In this document: in pieces, positions 1 to 12,189 of the stretch | Position numbering within the stretch: position 1 is the first letter of the stretch | Layout: the number at the start of each line of letters is the position of its first letter | Origin: an uncultured Actinomycetes bacterium | GTDB lineage: Bacteria > Actinomycetota > Coriobacteriia > Anaerosomatales > CAWKMJ01 | NCBI GenBank assembly: GCA_963850695.1 | Contig: CAWKMJ010000001.1 | Span: forward strand, 267,837 to 331,836 | Direction: 5' to 3' | Length of the DNA: 64,000 nt | Position numbers and translations under genes: made by a program | Notes under the pieces: model-generated | Databases searched by the model: none | Told to the model about the DNA's origin: nothing | What the model saw: only the letters and a program-made list of their open reading frames with translations

Positions 1-423
<423 letters not shown>

Positions 424-427
<4 letters not shown>

Positions 428-1933
428 GCGATCGCCTCCTCGACATCATCGGCGTGCATGCCCGCTGCGAGCTCGAGCGCCTTGTGAAGCGCGCGGGCCT
501 TGTGCAGGCACTCCTCGTACTCGCGCTCCGGGTCGGAGTCGGCGACGATGCCCGCGCCGGACTGCAGGTAGGCGGTGCCGCCGGCGAGCACGAACGTGCG
601 GATCGTGATGCACATGTCCATCGCGCCATCGAGGCCGAAGTAGCCCACGGTGCCGGCGTACGGGCCCGCGTGCCGACGGGCTCCAGATCGCGGATGATCT
701 CCATGGCGCGGACCTTGGGCGCGCCCGAGACCGTGCCAGCGGGGAAGGTCGCACGCAGCGCGTCGAAGGCGTCCTTGCCCTCGGCCAACGTGCCCGTCAC
801 GTTGCTCACGATGTGCATGACGTGGCTGTAGTACTCGACCTCCATGAGCTCGTCGACGGTGACCGTCCCGGACTCGCTCACGCGACCGAGGTCGTTGCGG
901 CCGAGGTCCACGAGCATGACGTGCTCGGCGCGCTCCTTCTCGTCCGAGAGCAGGTCGGCGCGCAGGCGGCCGTCCTCAGACGAGTCCGCGCCGCGCGGGC
1001 GCGTGCCGGCAAGCGGCCGCGTGAGCACCGTGCCGTCTTCGACTCGCACGAGCGGCTCCGGGACTCGAGCCGACGAGCGTCACATCGCGCGTTCGCACGT
1101 AGAACATGTAGGGACTCGGGTTGACGGCGCGCAGCACGCGGTAGAGATCCAGGCCGTCTCCCGTCATACGGGGCGCTGAAGCGCTGGGACAGGACCACCT
1201 GGAAGACGTCGCCGGCGGCGATGTGCTCCTTGGCCGCGCGAACGGTGTCCAGGAAGTCGTCCTCGCGATGTGTGGGCGGTGAGCGGGACCTCGCGGCTGA
1301 CACCGACCGCGCCGAGCTCTGCTGCCGCGCGGTCCCTCGTCGATCTTGCGGAGGTAGGAGTCGATGCGCTGAAGCGCTCGGTCGTAGGCCGCCTCGGGCG
1401 CACCGCCGGGCCGCACCGGCGCGATGACCTGCATCACGCGCCGCGCATGATCGAAGGCGACGACGATGTCGGCAAGCATGAAGACCATGTCGGGGACGTC
1501 GATGCTCGTCGTTCGTCGTGGCGTGGCACCTTCTCGAACCCGCTGGCGGCCTCGTAGCCGACGAAACCCACGGCTCCTCCGACGAAGGGAGGAAGGCCGG
1601 GAACACGGGCGACGCTGCCTGCGGCGAGCTCGACGTCGCACGACGTCGAGCGGGTCGTCGGCGTGCTCGCCGGTGACGCCGCCGTTCTCGACCACGACCT
1701 CGGCGCCTCGTGCGCTCACGACCTCGCGATCGCCGACCCCGAGGAAGCTGTAGCGGCCGAGCCGCTCGCCCCCGACGACGCTCTCCAGCAGGAACGCGTG
1801 CTCGGCGTCCTCGGCAAGCGCCATGAACGCGGAGATGGGTGTCGCCAGGTCCGCGTAGACCTCGCGCGCGACCGGGACCACGTCGTGGTCCTCGGCCAAT
1901 CGCTACGAACTCTTCCTTGCTCGGCACGATCAT
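424..1933 (-). CDS. trpE: Anthranilate synthase component I; frameshifted
   Basis: [73 protein letters not shown]. Confidence 0.95.
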
Positions 1934-1974
1934 CGTGCCCCAACTCCTTCTCACATCTGCTGGGGACGACGGGC

Positions 1975-2262
1975 AAACACAAAGACCCCTCATCCCCAAG
2001 GGACGAGAGGTCATCTCGCGGTGCCACCCTTGTTGACCGGATACGTTCACCCGGCCCACTCGTTCCTGTGATACGGGATCAGGCCTGAAGCCATCTCCGA
2101 TATCCGGCCCCTTGTATCGGTGGGGATCCGCCGGGACTAGTCAGCTCATCGCCTTTGTCCCGGTGCCTCAGGGGCCCATTCCTCCGGTCGATCACGCCGG
2201 GTTTCCACCATCCCCGACTCTCTACGTCTTCACAGACCGGAGTACTCATCCCCGTCACAGGC
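1975..2262 (-). ncRNA. Trp-specific T-box riboswitch (transcription attenuator)
   Basis: Minus strand: AGTA, AGAGA and GGTG boxes; GAA-TGG specifier (TGG at 2176-2178); T-box AAGGGTGGCACCGCG (2017-2031); terminator hairpin followed by TTTGTGTTT (about 1975-2012); upstream of trpE. Confidence 0.93.
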
Positions 2263-2282
2263 GTGCTGTTCGGTTGCCGGAG

Positions 2283-2312
2283 AGTATACAGCGGGCAAGC
2301 TTGCCGGTGCAA
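2283..2312 (-). promoter_or_regulatory. Sigma-A-like promoter of the trp leader
   Basis: TTGCAC-N18-TATACT directly upstream of T-box stem I. Confidence 0.6.
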
Positions 2313-2414
2313 GACGCGGTCCGCGCCAAGATCACACGAGACCCCGAGCGGAAGAGCTTGCTCGGGGGAGCTGTCATGTCGGCACGGAGTTCGCTTGAGA
2401 ATGCCCGATTGATA

Positions 2415-2443
2415 CTTAAGTCAGATGAACCTCTTGACGATAG
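2415..2443 (+). promoter_or_regulatory. Putative sigma28/WhiG-type promoter
   Basis: CTTAAG-N15-GACGATAG; same geometry as 12190-12218 and 38351-38379; overlaps a possible TTGACG-N17-TAACCT. Confidence 0.5.
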
Positions 2444-2511
2444 ACTTAATAGTGCTTAACCTCACGAACTAAGCGTTAGAGGTTCGGGACAAGGAACGGA
2501 GGCTGAGAGAG

Positions 2512-2655
2512 ATGGTCCACAAGGAGACCTGCCCCAGCTGCAAGGGCAACAAGTGGGTCGACGTGAAGAAGACGGACGGTCACTCGAAGTCCATTCCCTG
2601 CCCACACTGTGCCGGCGAAGGATACCGCGTCCGCGTCACACTGGCCCCACGGTAG
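2512..2655 (+). CDS. 47-aa DnaJ-type zinc-finger microprotein (absent from the ORF track)
   Basis: MVHKETCPSCKGNKWVDVKKTDGHSKSIPCPHCAGEGYRVRVTLAPR*; two CxxCxG half-sites; GGAGG RBS upstream. Confidence 0.85.
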   Translation: MVHKETCPSCKGNKWVDVKKTDGHSKSIPCPHCAGEGYRVRVTLAPR

Positions 2656-2764
2656 CAACCCAATAGCACCCCCCCTGATCTCGGCCCGCCTCACCCCCCT
2701 GGCGGGTCGAGTTCCTTTCCCGCCGATGTCGGTGGGGAGTTCGCGGCTGATTCAAACGACCCGT

Positions 2765-3890
2765 TCAGGAATCGGTCTCTTCGACCCGGGGAGCTGGAGG
2801 AGGCCTCAAGACGTGCTCGTTGGGCGCGATCACTGGTGGCGCCATACCCTCGACACCGAGGACTTCTCGCAGCTTCGTGACACGCTGCCACTCCGGATCG
2901 TTCTCATCATCGGTGTCATCGCCGGTCCAGCAGTAGAACAGGGACGCGAAGCCCGGACCGGCGTTGGGAACCCAGTTGTTGAAGCGAACGGTCTTCTCGA
3001 GCGCCGAGAGCATCGAGCGGGGATCCTTGAGTAGCAGCATCCCCTCGGCGTCCGCCTTCTCGGCCCGGCGCAGATCTGTGTGGCGGCGTCTGAACAGCAC
3101 GATCTCGGACACGATCACGAAGAGCCCCGCCATGACCAGGAACGGCCCGAGAGCGAGCCAGGCCTGCGCATCCTCCGTGGCGTCGCGCTGGTGGCCCACC
3201 GTGCTGATTCGCGTGGTGCCAGGCTCAGGGCGGTCAACGATGACTCGACTGTCAGTGCGCGTGATGTCTCTGTCCCTGAGCGCCCACAAGGGACGCATGA
3301 TGGCCGTGATGCTGGTGGCGGTGGCGATGTCGCCGGCCTTGAGCCGCGCCATCAGGTTCGCGAAGACGGCCCGCTGCTCGTCCTCGTCCATCCTCTCGAC
3401 GAGCCCGCGCGTCACGCCGACGACGGCGCGCCTGGAGCGGTGCGCGAAGATGAACGCGTTGGCGTTGCCAGTCTCCATCACGTACAGCGCCGGTGCCACC
3501 TCGAACCCCGAGGCGATCGCCATGTCCTTGAGCGCGTACTTGGTGGGAAGAAGCTCGCCCTTGGGCGATAGGACGGCATCAAGCCGCTCGAAGAAGCCAC
3601 TTCTCGGATCGCACGAGAGCGTACCCCATCCACGATGCGCCGAGGAGCACGGCGGCAACGCTGCCGATGAGGAAGATCAGACCGATGTTGGACTGCAGGG
3701 AGTCGAACGTCTCGGGATCCTGCACGCTGAAGAAGAGTGCGACGGCGAGGAAGGCGCCGATCATGAGGCACGTACCGGCCACACACGAAGCGAGGAAGAG
3801 CAGCTCCCACAGCACAAGCTCGGTCTTGTTGCTGTCGACGCGGTCCCACAGCGGCTCTATGCGGTGCTTGCGAACTTCTGCTTGCGCCAT
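2765..3890 (-). CDS. HtpX/M48-like membrane protein lacking HExxH; one frameshift
   Basis: N-terminal TM helices; DMAIASG..PALYV..ANAF..VGVTRGL; EQRAVFANLMARL at the HExxH position; EKADAEG; LSALEK. Confidence 0.75.
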
Positions 3891-3941
3891 GCTCCCCCTG
3901 CTCCCTCGGCCCCGGGCATCGCGACCGTCGCCCGAGGCGGA

Positions 3942-4271
3942 CTACTTCACGCGTCCCGCAAGCTCCTCTGCAAGGTCATCGAGTGTGAGACCTTCGCGAA
4001 CGAGCACCACGAGCAGATGATAGACGAGGTCGGCAGCCTCGTACGTCAACTGATCGGCATCGTGGCCGCAAGCAGCGATGATCACCTCGCCTGACTCCTC
4101 GGCGATCTTCTTGAGCAGCTTGTCCTGGGGCCCGGCGAGCAGCTCTGTCGTGTACGAGCCCTCGGGCATCTCGGCCTTGCGCTGCTCGAGCACGGCGAAC
4201 AGATCCGTGAGGACGGGCCCAATGTCTCTCGAACCGTTTGGCGCGGGTGAGGTGTCGCTCGCGTCAGTCAT
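3942..4271 (-). CDS. hisE: Phosphoribosyl-ATP pyrophosphatase
   Basis: GSYTTELL, KKIAEESGEV, EAADLVYHLLV. Confidence 0.95.
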   Translation of the reverse strand: MTDASDTSPAPNGSRDIGPVLTDLFAVLEQRKAEMPEGSYTTELLAGPQDKLLKKIAEESGEVIIAACGHDADQLTYEAADLVYHLLVVLVREGLTLDDLAEELAGRVK

Positions 4272-4281
4272 GGTGACTCCT

Positions 4282-4651
4282 CTAGGGTGCCGGGCAGGCG
4301 TTGGACTCGGGCCGCATGAGCGAGCGATAGAAGCACGACCGCTGCTCCGTGTGACATGCAACGCCGGTCTGATCGACCAGGACGAGCAGACAGTCGGCAT
4401 CGCAGTCGTAGAGGACGTCATTGCACATCCTGCACGTGCCCGCTGCTCTCCCCCTTCATCCAGTACTTCTGCCGAGAGCGGCTCCAGAACCACGTCTTGC
4501 CGGTCTCGAGCGTCTTGGCGACCGACTCCACGTTCATGTAGGCCACCATAAGGACCTCGTGCGTATCGTACTGCTGCACGACAGCCGGGATGAGACCCTT
4601 GTCATCGAAGTTCAGGTCCTCGACACCCAGGTTGTCCTTCTCGCGATCCAT
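4282..4651 (-). CDS. hisI: Phosphoribosyl-AMP cyclohydrolase; frameshifted
   Basis: [44 protein letters not shown]. Confidence 0.93.
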
Positions 4652-4721
4652 GTCTCACCTTTCGCTGGTTGAGTGCGTCTCACGCTCGGGCTCGGCCCGC
4701 CGCGAGTACGGGCGGCCGAAC

Positions 4722-5490
4722 CTACAGCCGCACGGGCACGCCGTGCGAAGCCATGTTCTCCTTGACCTGTCTGATCGAGAACTCGCCGAAGTGGAACACG
4801 CTTGCCGCAAGTACCGCGTCGGCGTCTGCTTCGATCACGACCTCGGCGAAGTGCTCGAGCTCTCCCGCTCCACCACTGGCGATCACTGGGATGTTGAGCT
4901 CACTCGGTGATCGCTCGGGTGAGATCGATGTCGAACCCGTCCTTGGTCCCATCGCAGTCCATGCTGGTGAGCAGAATCTCCCCCGCCCCGCGCTTCTCGC
5001 CCTCGCGCGCCCACGCGACCGCGTCGAGCCCGGTGTTGGTCCGACCGCCGGAGACGAACACCTCCCAGCGCGCCGGTGATGATCCGGGGACACGCCGCGC
5101 GTCGATCGCCAGCACGATGCACTGCGACCCGTAGATCCGTGCTGTCTCGGTGATGAGCGAAGGATCGCTCACAGCAGACGAGTTGATCGATGTCTTGTCG
5201 CAGCCGGCGCTGAGCATCGAGCGGATGTCGGCCGCCGAGCGCATGCCGCCTCCGACCGTGTACGGGATGAAGACCTCCTCGGCGGTCCGAGTGGCGACAT
5301 CGAGCATGTACGGGCGCTCCTCGTGGGTTGCGGTGATGTCGAGGAACACGAGCTCGTCGGCGCCTTCGGTGTCGTAGGCCGCCGCAAGCTCGACCGGGTC
5401 GCCCGCGTCACGCAGGTTGACGAAGTTGACGCCTTTGACGACGCGCCCCTCGTGAACGTCGAGGCACGGGATGACGCGCTTGGTCAGCAT
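4722..5490 (-). CDS. hisF: Imidazole glycerol phosphate synthase cyclase subunit; frameshifted
   Basis: [45 protein letters not shown]. Confidence 0.96.
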
Positions 5491-5496
5491 CGGCGG

Positions 5497-6228
5497 CTAG
5501 GCCTCCCGGCCCCCGGCGGCCTCGATGGCCTGCGGCAGCGTGAACGAACTCTCGTAGAGCGCGCGACCGACGATCACGCCTTCGAGTCGAGAGCCGATCG
5601 GTGGTCAGGTCGCGGATGTCCTCAAGCGATGCGACGCCACCCGACGCGATGACCGGGATGTTGGCCTGGTCGACGAGCGCTCGATAGGCGCCGTAGTTGA
5701 TGCCTACCTGCATGCCGTCGCGGGAGATGTCGGTGTATGCGACGCGCTGTGACGCCGAGCAGCTCGAGCTCGTGCACGAGTTCGAGCACGCCGCGCTCGG
5801 TGCCCTGCTTCCATCCGTCGATGGCGACCTTGCCCTCGCGCGCATCGATGCCGGCGACGACGCCGTCGAAGTCGGCGCAGGCATCAGCCACGAACTCGGG
5901 CTCGGTCACGAGCGTCGTGCCGAGAACTGCACGCGAGACTCCAGCGTCGCAAAGGCGCTGGAGCGTCTCCATGTTGCGGATGCCGCCGCCTGTCTGCACG
6001 GGGATGTCGACCGCCTTCACGATGGCCTCGATGTACTCGATGTTCTTGGGCTCGCCGAGGACCGCTCCGTCAAGATCGACCACGTGAAGCCACTCGGCAC
6101 CGCCGCTCCACCCACAGACGCGCCTGATCGACCGGGCTGTCGTTGTAGACGGTCACGGCGTCGAGACGGCCTTGCTGAAGGCGGACCGCTTTGCCGTCGA
6201 GGATGTCGATAGCCGGGAAGATCTTCAT
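5497..6228 (-). CDS. hisA: ProFAR isomerase; frameshifted
   Basis: [46 protein letters not shown]. Confidence 0.93.
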
Positions 6229-6847
6229 GATGTCTGCTCCCTGACGATGCGCCCGAAGTTCGCGAGCATCCGCAGCCCCATCTCCGAGGACTTCTCGGGG
6301 TGGAACTGCACGGCGAACACGTTGCCGGTCTGCACGGCAGCAGCGAACGTGACCCCGTAGTCGACGCTACCGATGATACAGGACGAGTCCTCGGGAACGA
6401 GCCGGTAGGAGTGCACGAAGTAGAACGCCGTGTCCTCCGGGATGCCATCGAACAGCGCGCTCGCTTCGAGGCTGCGCCACCGTGTTCCAGCCGATGTGTG
6501 GCAGCTTCACGCCGTCTGGCAAGCGCTCGCATCTTCCGGGCACGAGACCGAGACCCTCCCACTCGCCGTCCTCAAGCCCCACGTCTGCCAGCAGCTGCAT
6601 GCCCACGCAGATGCCGAGCAGCGGGATGTCGGCAGACACGCGCTCCATGACCACATCGCGCATGCCTGACTCCCTGAGGTTGTGAGCGGCATCGCGAAAC
6701 GAACCGACGCCAGGCAGCACAAGCCCGTCAGCGGCCTCAAGCGCAGCCGGGTCGTCGATGATGCGAACATCCTCGACCCCGGCGTGCTCGAAGTCCCTTC
6801 TGCACGCTGCGAAGATTGCCCACCTTGTAGTCGATGATCGCGATCAT
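6225..6847 (-). CDS. hisH: Imidazole glycerol phosphate synthase amidotransferase subunit; frameshifted
   Basis: [36 protein letters not shown]. Confidence 0.95.
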
Positions 6848-6849
6848 CG

Positions 6850-7441
6850 CTAGATCCGGCCCTTGGTCGATGGGACGTCCACGCAGCGATCGTCTTCTGC
6901 GACGGCCTGCTTGAGAGCGCGCGCGACCGCCTTGAACGCGGCCTCGACGATGTGGTGGCTGTTCTCCCCGGCAAGACTGTGGACGTGCAGCGTGATGCCA
7001 GCGTTCATGGCAAGCGCCGTCATGAACTCCTTGGCAAGCGTCGTGTCGAAAGCTGCCGATGAACTCGATCGGCAAGTCCACCTCGTAGACCAGCCCTCCT
7101 CGGCCTGAGATATCGACGGCTGCGAGGACGAGCGCCTCGTCCATCGGGATGGCTGCCGAGCCGAACCGCGTGATGCCCCGCTTGTCTCCCAGAGCCTCGG
7201 CGATCGCCTCGCCCAGGCAGATGCCCACATCCTCGACCGTGTGATGTGCATCGACCTCGAGATCCCCGGTGGCCTCGACGCGTCAGGTCGAAGAGCCCGT
7301 GTCGCCCCAGCGCATCGAGCATGTGGTCGAAGAAGGGCACTCCCGTGCTCGACCTCGACGCGACCGCTTCCATCCAGGTCGAGACGCCAGCTTGATCTGA
7401 GTCTCGCTGGTCGTGCGCTCGATCTGTGCGGTGCGACCCAT
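6850..7441 (-). CDS. hisB: Imidazoleglycerol-phosphate dehydratase; frameshifted
   Basis: [34 protein letters not shown]. Confidence 0.95.
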
Positions 7442-7443
7442 CG

Positions 7444-8570
7444 CTACCCCTCCCTGCTATCGCGCGTGGCGCCGTTGGCCAGGATCTCAGATGCCCGCCT
7501 GGCCGAGAGGACGTCCCGCATCGCCTCGAGGAAACGCTCGTTCTCCTCTTCGGTCCCTACGGTCACGCGCAGACAGTCCTCGAGCCCGGGTGCGCGCGAG
7601 AAGTCCCTGATGAGGACGGAGTGGTTGTGCAGCAGATCCCGCCAGAGCGCGCGAGGCGTGCTCGACACGGAACATCACGAAGTTCGCCTCGGACGGGAAG
7701 ACCTCGACGCCGTCCATGGCCGACAGCCCGTGCATCAGCGTGTCTCTATTGCGCATGATGTCGCGGATACCCTGCTGGAACACCACTCGCTCGCGGAACA
7801 CCTTGCCCGCCGACCCACTGCGAGAACGCGTTGACCGAGTAGGGCTGGCGAACCTTGGTCAGCTCGCGCACGACCTCCTCGTTGCCGAGCATGTAGCCCA
7901 GCCGCAGACCCGCAAGCGAGAACGCCTTGGAGAACGTCCTGAGTATGACCAGGTTGGGGTGGCGCTCCATGTGCGGCCGCATCGTGTGGCGGCTGAACTC
8001 GAAGTACGCCTCATCGACGAGCACGATCCCATCCGTGGCGTTGAGGATGTCGATGAGCTGTGTCTCGGGCACGAGGCTGCCCGTGGGGTTGTTTGGGTTG
8101 GAGATGATCACGATGTCGGCACCCTCGTTCGCAAGGCGCTCGAGCACCGCGTCGATGTCGATGGCGAAGTCGCCAACGCGCGGGATGCTGACAAGCTCGG
8201 TTCCGGTCGCCTGAGCGTCGATGGCGTACATGGCAAACGTCGGGGGCATGTCGATCAGCGAACGACCGGGGCCGCCCCATGCCAGACAGATGTTGAAGAT
8301 GATCTCGTCTCCACCGTTGCCGACCAGCACGTTCTCCGGCTCGAGACCGTTGGCCTCGGCATATGAGCTTGCGCAGCTCGGTTGCGAGCGGGTCCGGATA
8401 GCGGTTGAAGTCGAATCGCTCCATCCGCGTCGACGAACCACTCGATGAGTTCGTGCGGCAGGTTGGCTGGGTGCTCGTTGCTGGCAAGCCGAACCTCGGC
8501 CTTGATGTCCTTGGCGTCATAGGGCACCAGCGCGTCGAGCTCGGCCCGCGGGTCGCGAACGCGTGTCCAT
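7444..8570 (-). CDS. hisC: Histidinol-phosphate aminotransferase; frameshifted
   Basis: LASNE, NRYPDP, GNGGDE, NPNNPTG, VDEAY, RTFSKAFSLAGLRLGY. Confidence 0.95.
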
Positions 8571-9921
8571 CAGACATCACCCTCGGAGAGCTCGGCATGC
8601 GTCGATGTCCTCGGCCAGCTCGATGGCGTCCATGACCGACTCGAGACGCAGCGCCACGGCGCGAGCGTGCGCGTCCAGGCCCTCGGCCTCAGCGATGGTG
8701 ACCGCAGTGGGTCCGTCGATGGCGAGCGCTTCGTAGCGAGTACGAGAGCACCGAGGACTTCTTCACGAAGTCGTCGACCGACAGAGGGCTCGAGAAGCGA
8801 GCGGTGCCGCCGGTCGGAAGCGTGTGGTTGGGACCGGCGACGTAGTCGCCCACACTCTCCGGCGTCCAGTGGCCAAGGAAGATCGCCCCGGCGTTGCGCA
8901 CGGAGCCGAGGAGATCGAAGGCCTCGGCCATCTGGATCTCCAGGTGCTCGGGCGCGATGAGGTCGACTGTGTCGAGCGCGGCCACGATGTCGCGAGCACA
9001 TGATGACCTGGCCGTTGTCCTCGAGCGACACGACGGATGATGTCTGCGCGCGGCGCGTCGGTGAGCAGCACCTCGAGCGCGTCCTCGACCTTGTCGGGCA
9101 GGGTCGGATCGACGGTGACGAGGTAGCATGCCGCTCGAGGATCGTGCTCGGCCTGCGCCATCAGATCGATCGCGACGAAGTGCGGGACGGCAGTATCATC
9201 GGCGAGCACGAGCACCTCGCTCGGACCCGCGAGCATGTCGATCCCGCACTCTCCCATCACGAGCTTCTTGGCTGCGGTCACATACGCGTTGCCCGGGCCG
9301 ACGATCTTGTCCACACGCTCGATCGAGTCGGTCCCGTAGGCGAGAGCGGCGACGGCCTGTGCGCCCCCGACCTTGTAGATCTCGTCGACACCGGCTTCTG
9401 CGGCGGCGGCGAGCGTGAAGGGACTCACGGTGCCGTCCGATGCAGGCGGAACCACCATCGCGATCTCATCGACACCCGCCACCTGGGCTGGGATCGCGTT
9501 CATGAGCACGGTGCTCGGGTAGCAGGCACGTCCGCCGGGGACGTAGATGCCCAACGCGACGAATAGGCGTGACCCGCTGGCCGAGGAACACCCCGCCCTC
9601 CTGCGCCGTGAACCACGACTGCGTGACCTGGCGGGCGTGGAAGTCCTCGATCGCCCCGGCTGCCGACGTCATGGCGTCCCTGAACTCGGGCCCGACCTCC
9701 TCGACTGCCGCGGCGATCTCCTCCGGAGTCACCGCGATCACGTCCAGCTCCGCCTGGTCGAACTTCGCGGTGTACTCCCGGAGAGCCGCGTCGCCTCGCT
9801 CCTTGACGTCGTCGACGATCCGGGCCGCGACACCGATGATCTCGGCATCGACGCCACCGGAGCGCCGCAGCGTCTCCTCGGTCAGTCTCTCACCGCGTCC
9901 TATCTCGACACGTCGCATCAT
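8570..9921 (-). CDS. hisD: Histidinol dehydrogenase; frameshifted
   Basis: [42 protein letters not shown]. Confidence 0.96.
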
Positions 9922-9990
9922 GTGCGCTTCTCCTCGGTCTATCCCTCACCCTCGGCTACTGCCTGTCGCACTCCCCTGCCGAGGCACGGA

Positions 9991-10675
9991 CTATTGTAGC
10001 GACACCGCCGACAGGCGCTCTGCCATCGTCGTCACTCTGTCACCTCGGGTCGTCAGACTCGCTCGGTTGGCGATGAAGCGTGCCGAGGACTCCATGACCT
10101 CTTCGACCACACGCAGCCGGTTCTCGCGAAGCGTCGTGCCGGTCTGCGTGATGTCCACCACTCTGATCTGCGATGCCGATCAGCGGTGCCATCTCGATGT
10201 TGCCGTTGAGCTTGATGATCTCGACCTGAACGCCCGCGCGATGCGAAGTAGGTCTCAGTGACTCTCGGGTACTTGGTCGCAACGCGGATCACGCCGAGGT
10301 GACGATAGTGCTCCTCGATACTCGCGTGCTCCTCCTCGAGCTCTGCAACGACGAAACGGCACGCTCCAAAGCCCAGATCGACCATCTCGACGACGTCGAG
10401 CTCGTGTCTCGGCCAGCACATCCTTGCCCGACGATACCCACGTCAACCGCACCGTAGGCCACATATGCCGGGATGTCAGAGGGCTTGCCGATGACGAACT
10501 CCATGTCATCGGTCTCGAAGATGAGCTGGCGTCCCGGGTCGGCGAGACCACCCACCTCGATTCCCGCAGCAGACAGCGCGTCGAGAGAGTCTTGCCACAA
10601 CGCGCCCTTGGGCACGGCCATGCGGAGGCGGTCGGACTCTGGCCGCCTGGCGGCACTCTGGACAGACACCATCAT
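9991..10675 (-). CDS. hisG: ATP phosphoribosyltransferase, short form; frameshifted
   Basis: AVPKG, DIPAYV..GAVDVG, DLGFGAC, VATKYP, TGTTLRENRL. Confidence 0.93.
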
Positions 10676-11925
10676 CGCGCATCACCATCCTCGGGGCCTG
10701 AAGCGGACGGAGGTGGGCTGATCGAGAAGGCTGCCTGCTGGCTTCCCTCGGCGATTCGCACGATCTCGCCCTCCGTCGCCATGAGAGCGTATGTGGCACC
10801 GGCATCACTCGCCTGGGTGAACACCGCGTCCGCACCCGAGCCCGGAGCAAGACGGACCCGCCAGCCAGCCGCCCTCAGCCTCGCAGCCGCCGGAAAGGCC
10901 TCCTGCGAGCTGCCCCCCAGCAGCGCATCGAGAGGACGTACAGACACCTGCCGGTCCTGCAGCGCGAGTTCCTCGTGCACTCTCTCGACTCGCAGCGCGA
11001 ACCCGGCGGCGGGAGCCGGGGCTTCGAAAGCGGCCAGCACACCGTCGTAGCGGCCGCCGCCCCCCAAAGGCATGCCCGGTCCCGAACCGTAGGCTTCGAT
11101 GACCACGCCTGTGTAGTAGTCGAACGAACGCACGATCCCGAAGTCGAGAGAAACGCGGTCCGTACAACCCTGAAGGGCCAGCAGTCCCCACGTCTCCTCA
11201 AGCTCGTCGAGAACTGTAGCGACCCATGGACCAGCGACCACCCGGCAGGCATCGATCGCCTCTCTTCCGCCTCGGATGCCCGGGACGACTGAGAGGGCGC
11301 GTGAGACATCCTGTGGGACGCCACCGGTGGCTGCGAGCTCACGGATCGCCACCAGATTGCGGTCGTGGGCGGCAGCGAGCACCGCCTTCTCCCACTGAGA
11401 GTCCATGCTCGCTGCGGCGATCAGCTCTCGCAGCACAGCTACCGTCCCGACGCCGATCGTGTACTGCTCGAGCCCCGCTGCGGCAAGCGCATCGGACATC
11501 AGCGCGATGACCTCAGCGTCAGCGGCCGGTCCGCCGTCACCCACGAGCTCAACGCCGACCTGCATGAACTCCCGCGACTGGCCGCGCATCGAGGGCTGCT
11601 CTCGAAAGACGCGTCCCGAGTACCTCAGACGGTGGGGCTGCTCTCCCACGCCCAATCGGGTAGCAACGAGCCGAGCGATCGGGACGGTCATCTCCGGACG
11701 GAGCGCGAGAAGCGGGCCGTCGGAGTCGAAGAGGCGGAAGACGTCCGTCTTGAGATCGCCACCGGCAGCGCCTTCAAGGGTCTCGAGTCGCTCGACGATC
11801 GGCGTTTCGACGTACTCGTAGCCCCATGAGGCCAAGGCCTCGCTCATTCGGGCAACGAGCGCATCACGCTCCGCAGCCTCGAGAGCGAGCACATCGCGAT
11901 AGCCACGTGGTGTGACTGGTCTCAT
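10672..11925 (-). CDS. hisZ: ATP phosphoribosyltransferase regulatory subunit
   Basis: HisRS-like PRGYRD, LRPEMT, REFMQVGVE, DYYTG, GGGRYD; first gene of the his operon. Confidence 0.95.
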   Translation of the reverse strand: MRPVTPRGYRDVLALEAAERDALVARMSEALASWGYEYVETPIVERLETLEGAAGGDLKTDVFRLFDSDGPLLALRPEMTVPIARLVATRLGVGEQPHRLRYSGRVFREQPSMRGQSREFMQVGVELVGDGGPAADAEVIALMSDALAAAGLEQYTIGVGTVAVLRELIAAASMDSQWEKAVLAAAHDRNLVAIRELAATGGVPQDVSRALSVVPGIRGGREAIDACRVVAGPWVATVLDELEETWGLLALQGCTDRVSLDFGIVRSFDYYTGVVIEAYGSGPGMPLGGGGRYDGVLAAFEAPAPAAGFALRVERVHEELALQDRQVSVRPLDALLGGSSQEAFPAAARLRAAGWRVRLAPGSGADAVFTQASDAGATYALMATEGEIVRIAEGSQQAAFSISPPPSASGPEDGDAR

Positions 11926-11944
11926 CCCACTGCCTCCTGATCGG

Positions 11945-11999
11945 TACTACACTACGGTAGAGTGCTAGAGTAGCCTAGCACATTGACTCGCCTCGTCAA
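11945..11999 (-). promoter_or_regulatory. his operon promoter with a candidate repressor operator
   Basis: TTGACG-N16-TAGGCT followed by TACTCTAGCACTCTACCGTAGTGTAGTA. Confidence 0.5.
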
Positions 12000-12117
12000 G
12001 CCCCCGGCGCCTTCCCGTGGCCTCCGGGAACGGCTCGAGGCCACGATCAGCCCGTTGCCAAGCACGCCGACTCGTGCCCGTGTGCACGAACCTGCAGGTC
12101 GGAGCGGGCTGTCCAAG

Positions 12118-12133
12118 TGTGACAGAGGTCACG
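12118..12133. promoter_or_regulatory. CRP/FNR-family-like site
   Basis: TGTGA-cagagg-TCACG. Confidence 0.45.
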
Positions 12134-12189
12134 GGACACACCGCTGCTCACACGGTGGGCACCTTTCGTCCAGATACCCGCTTGGCATG

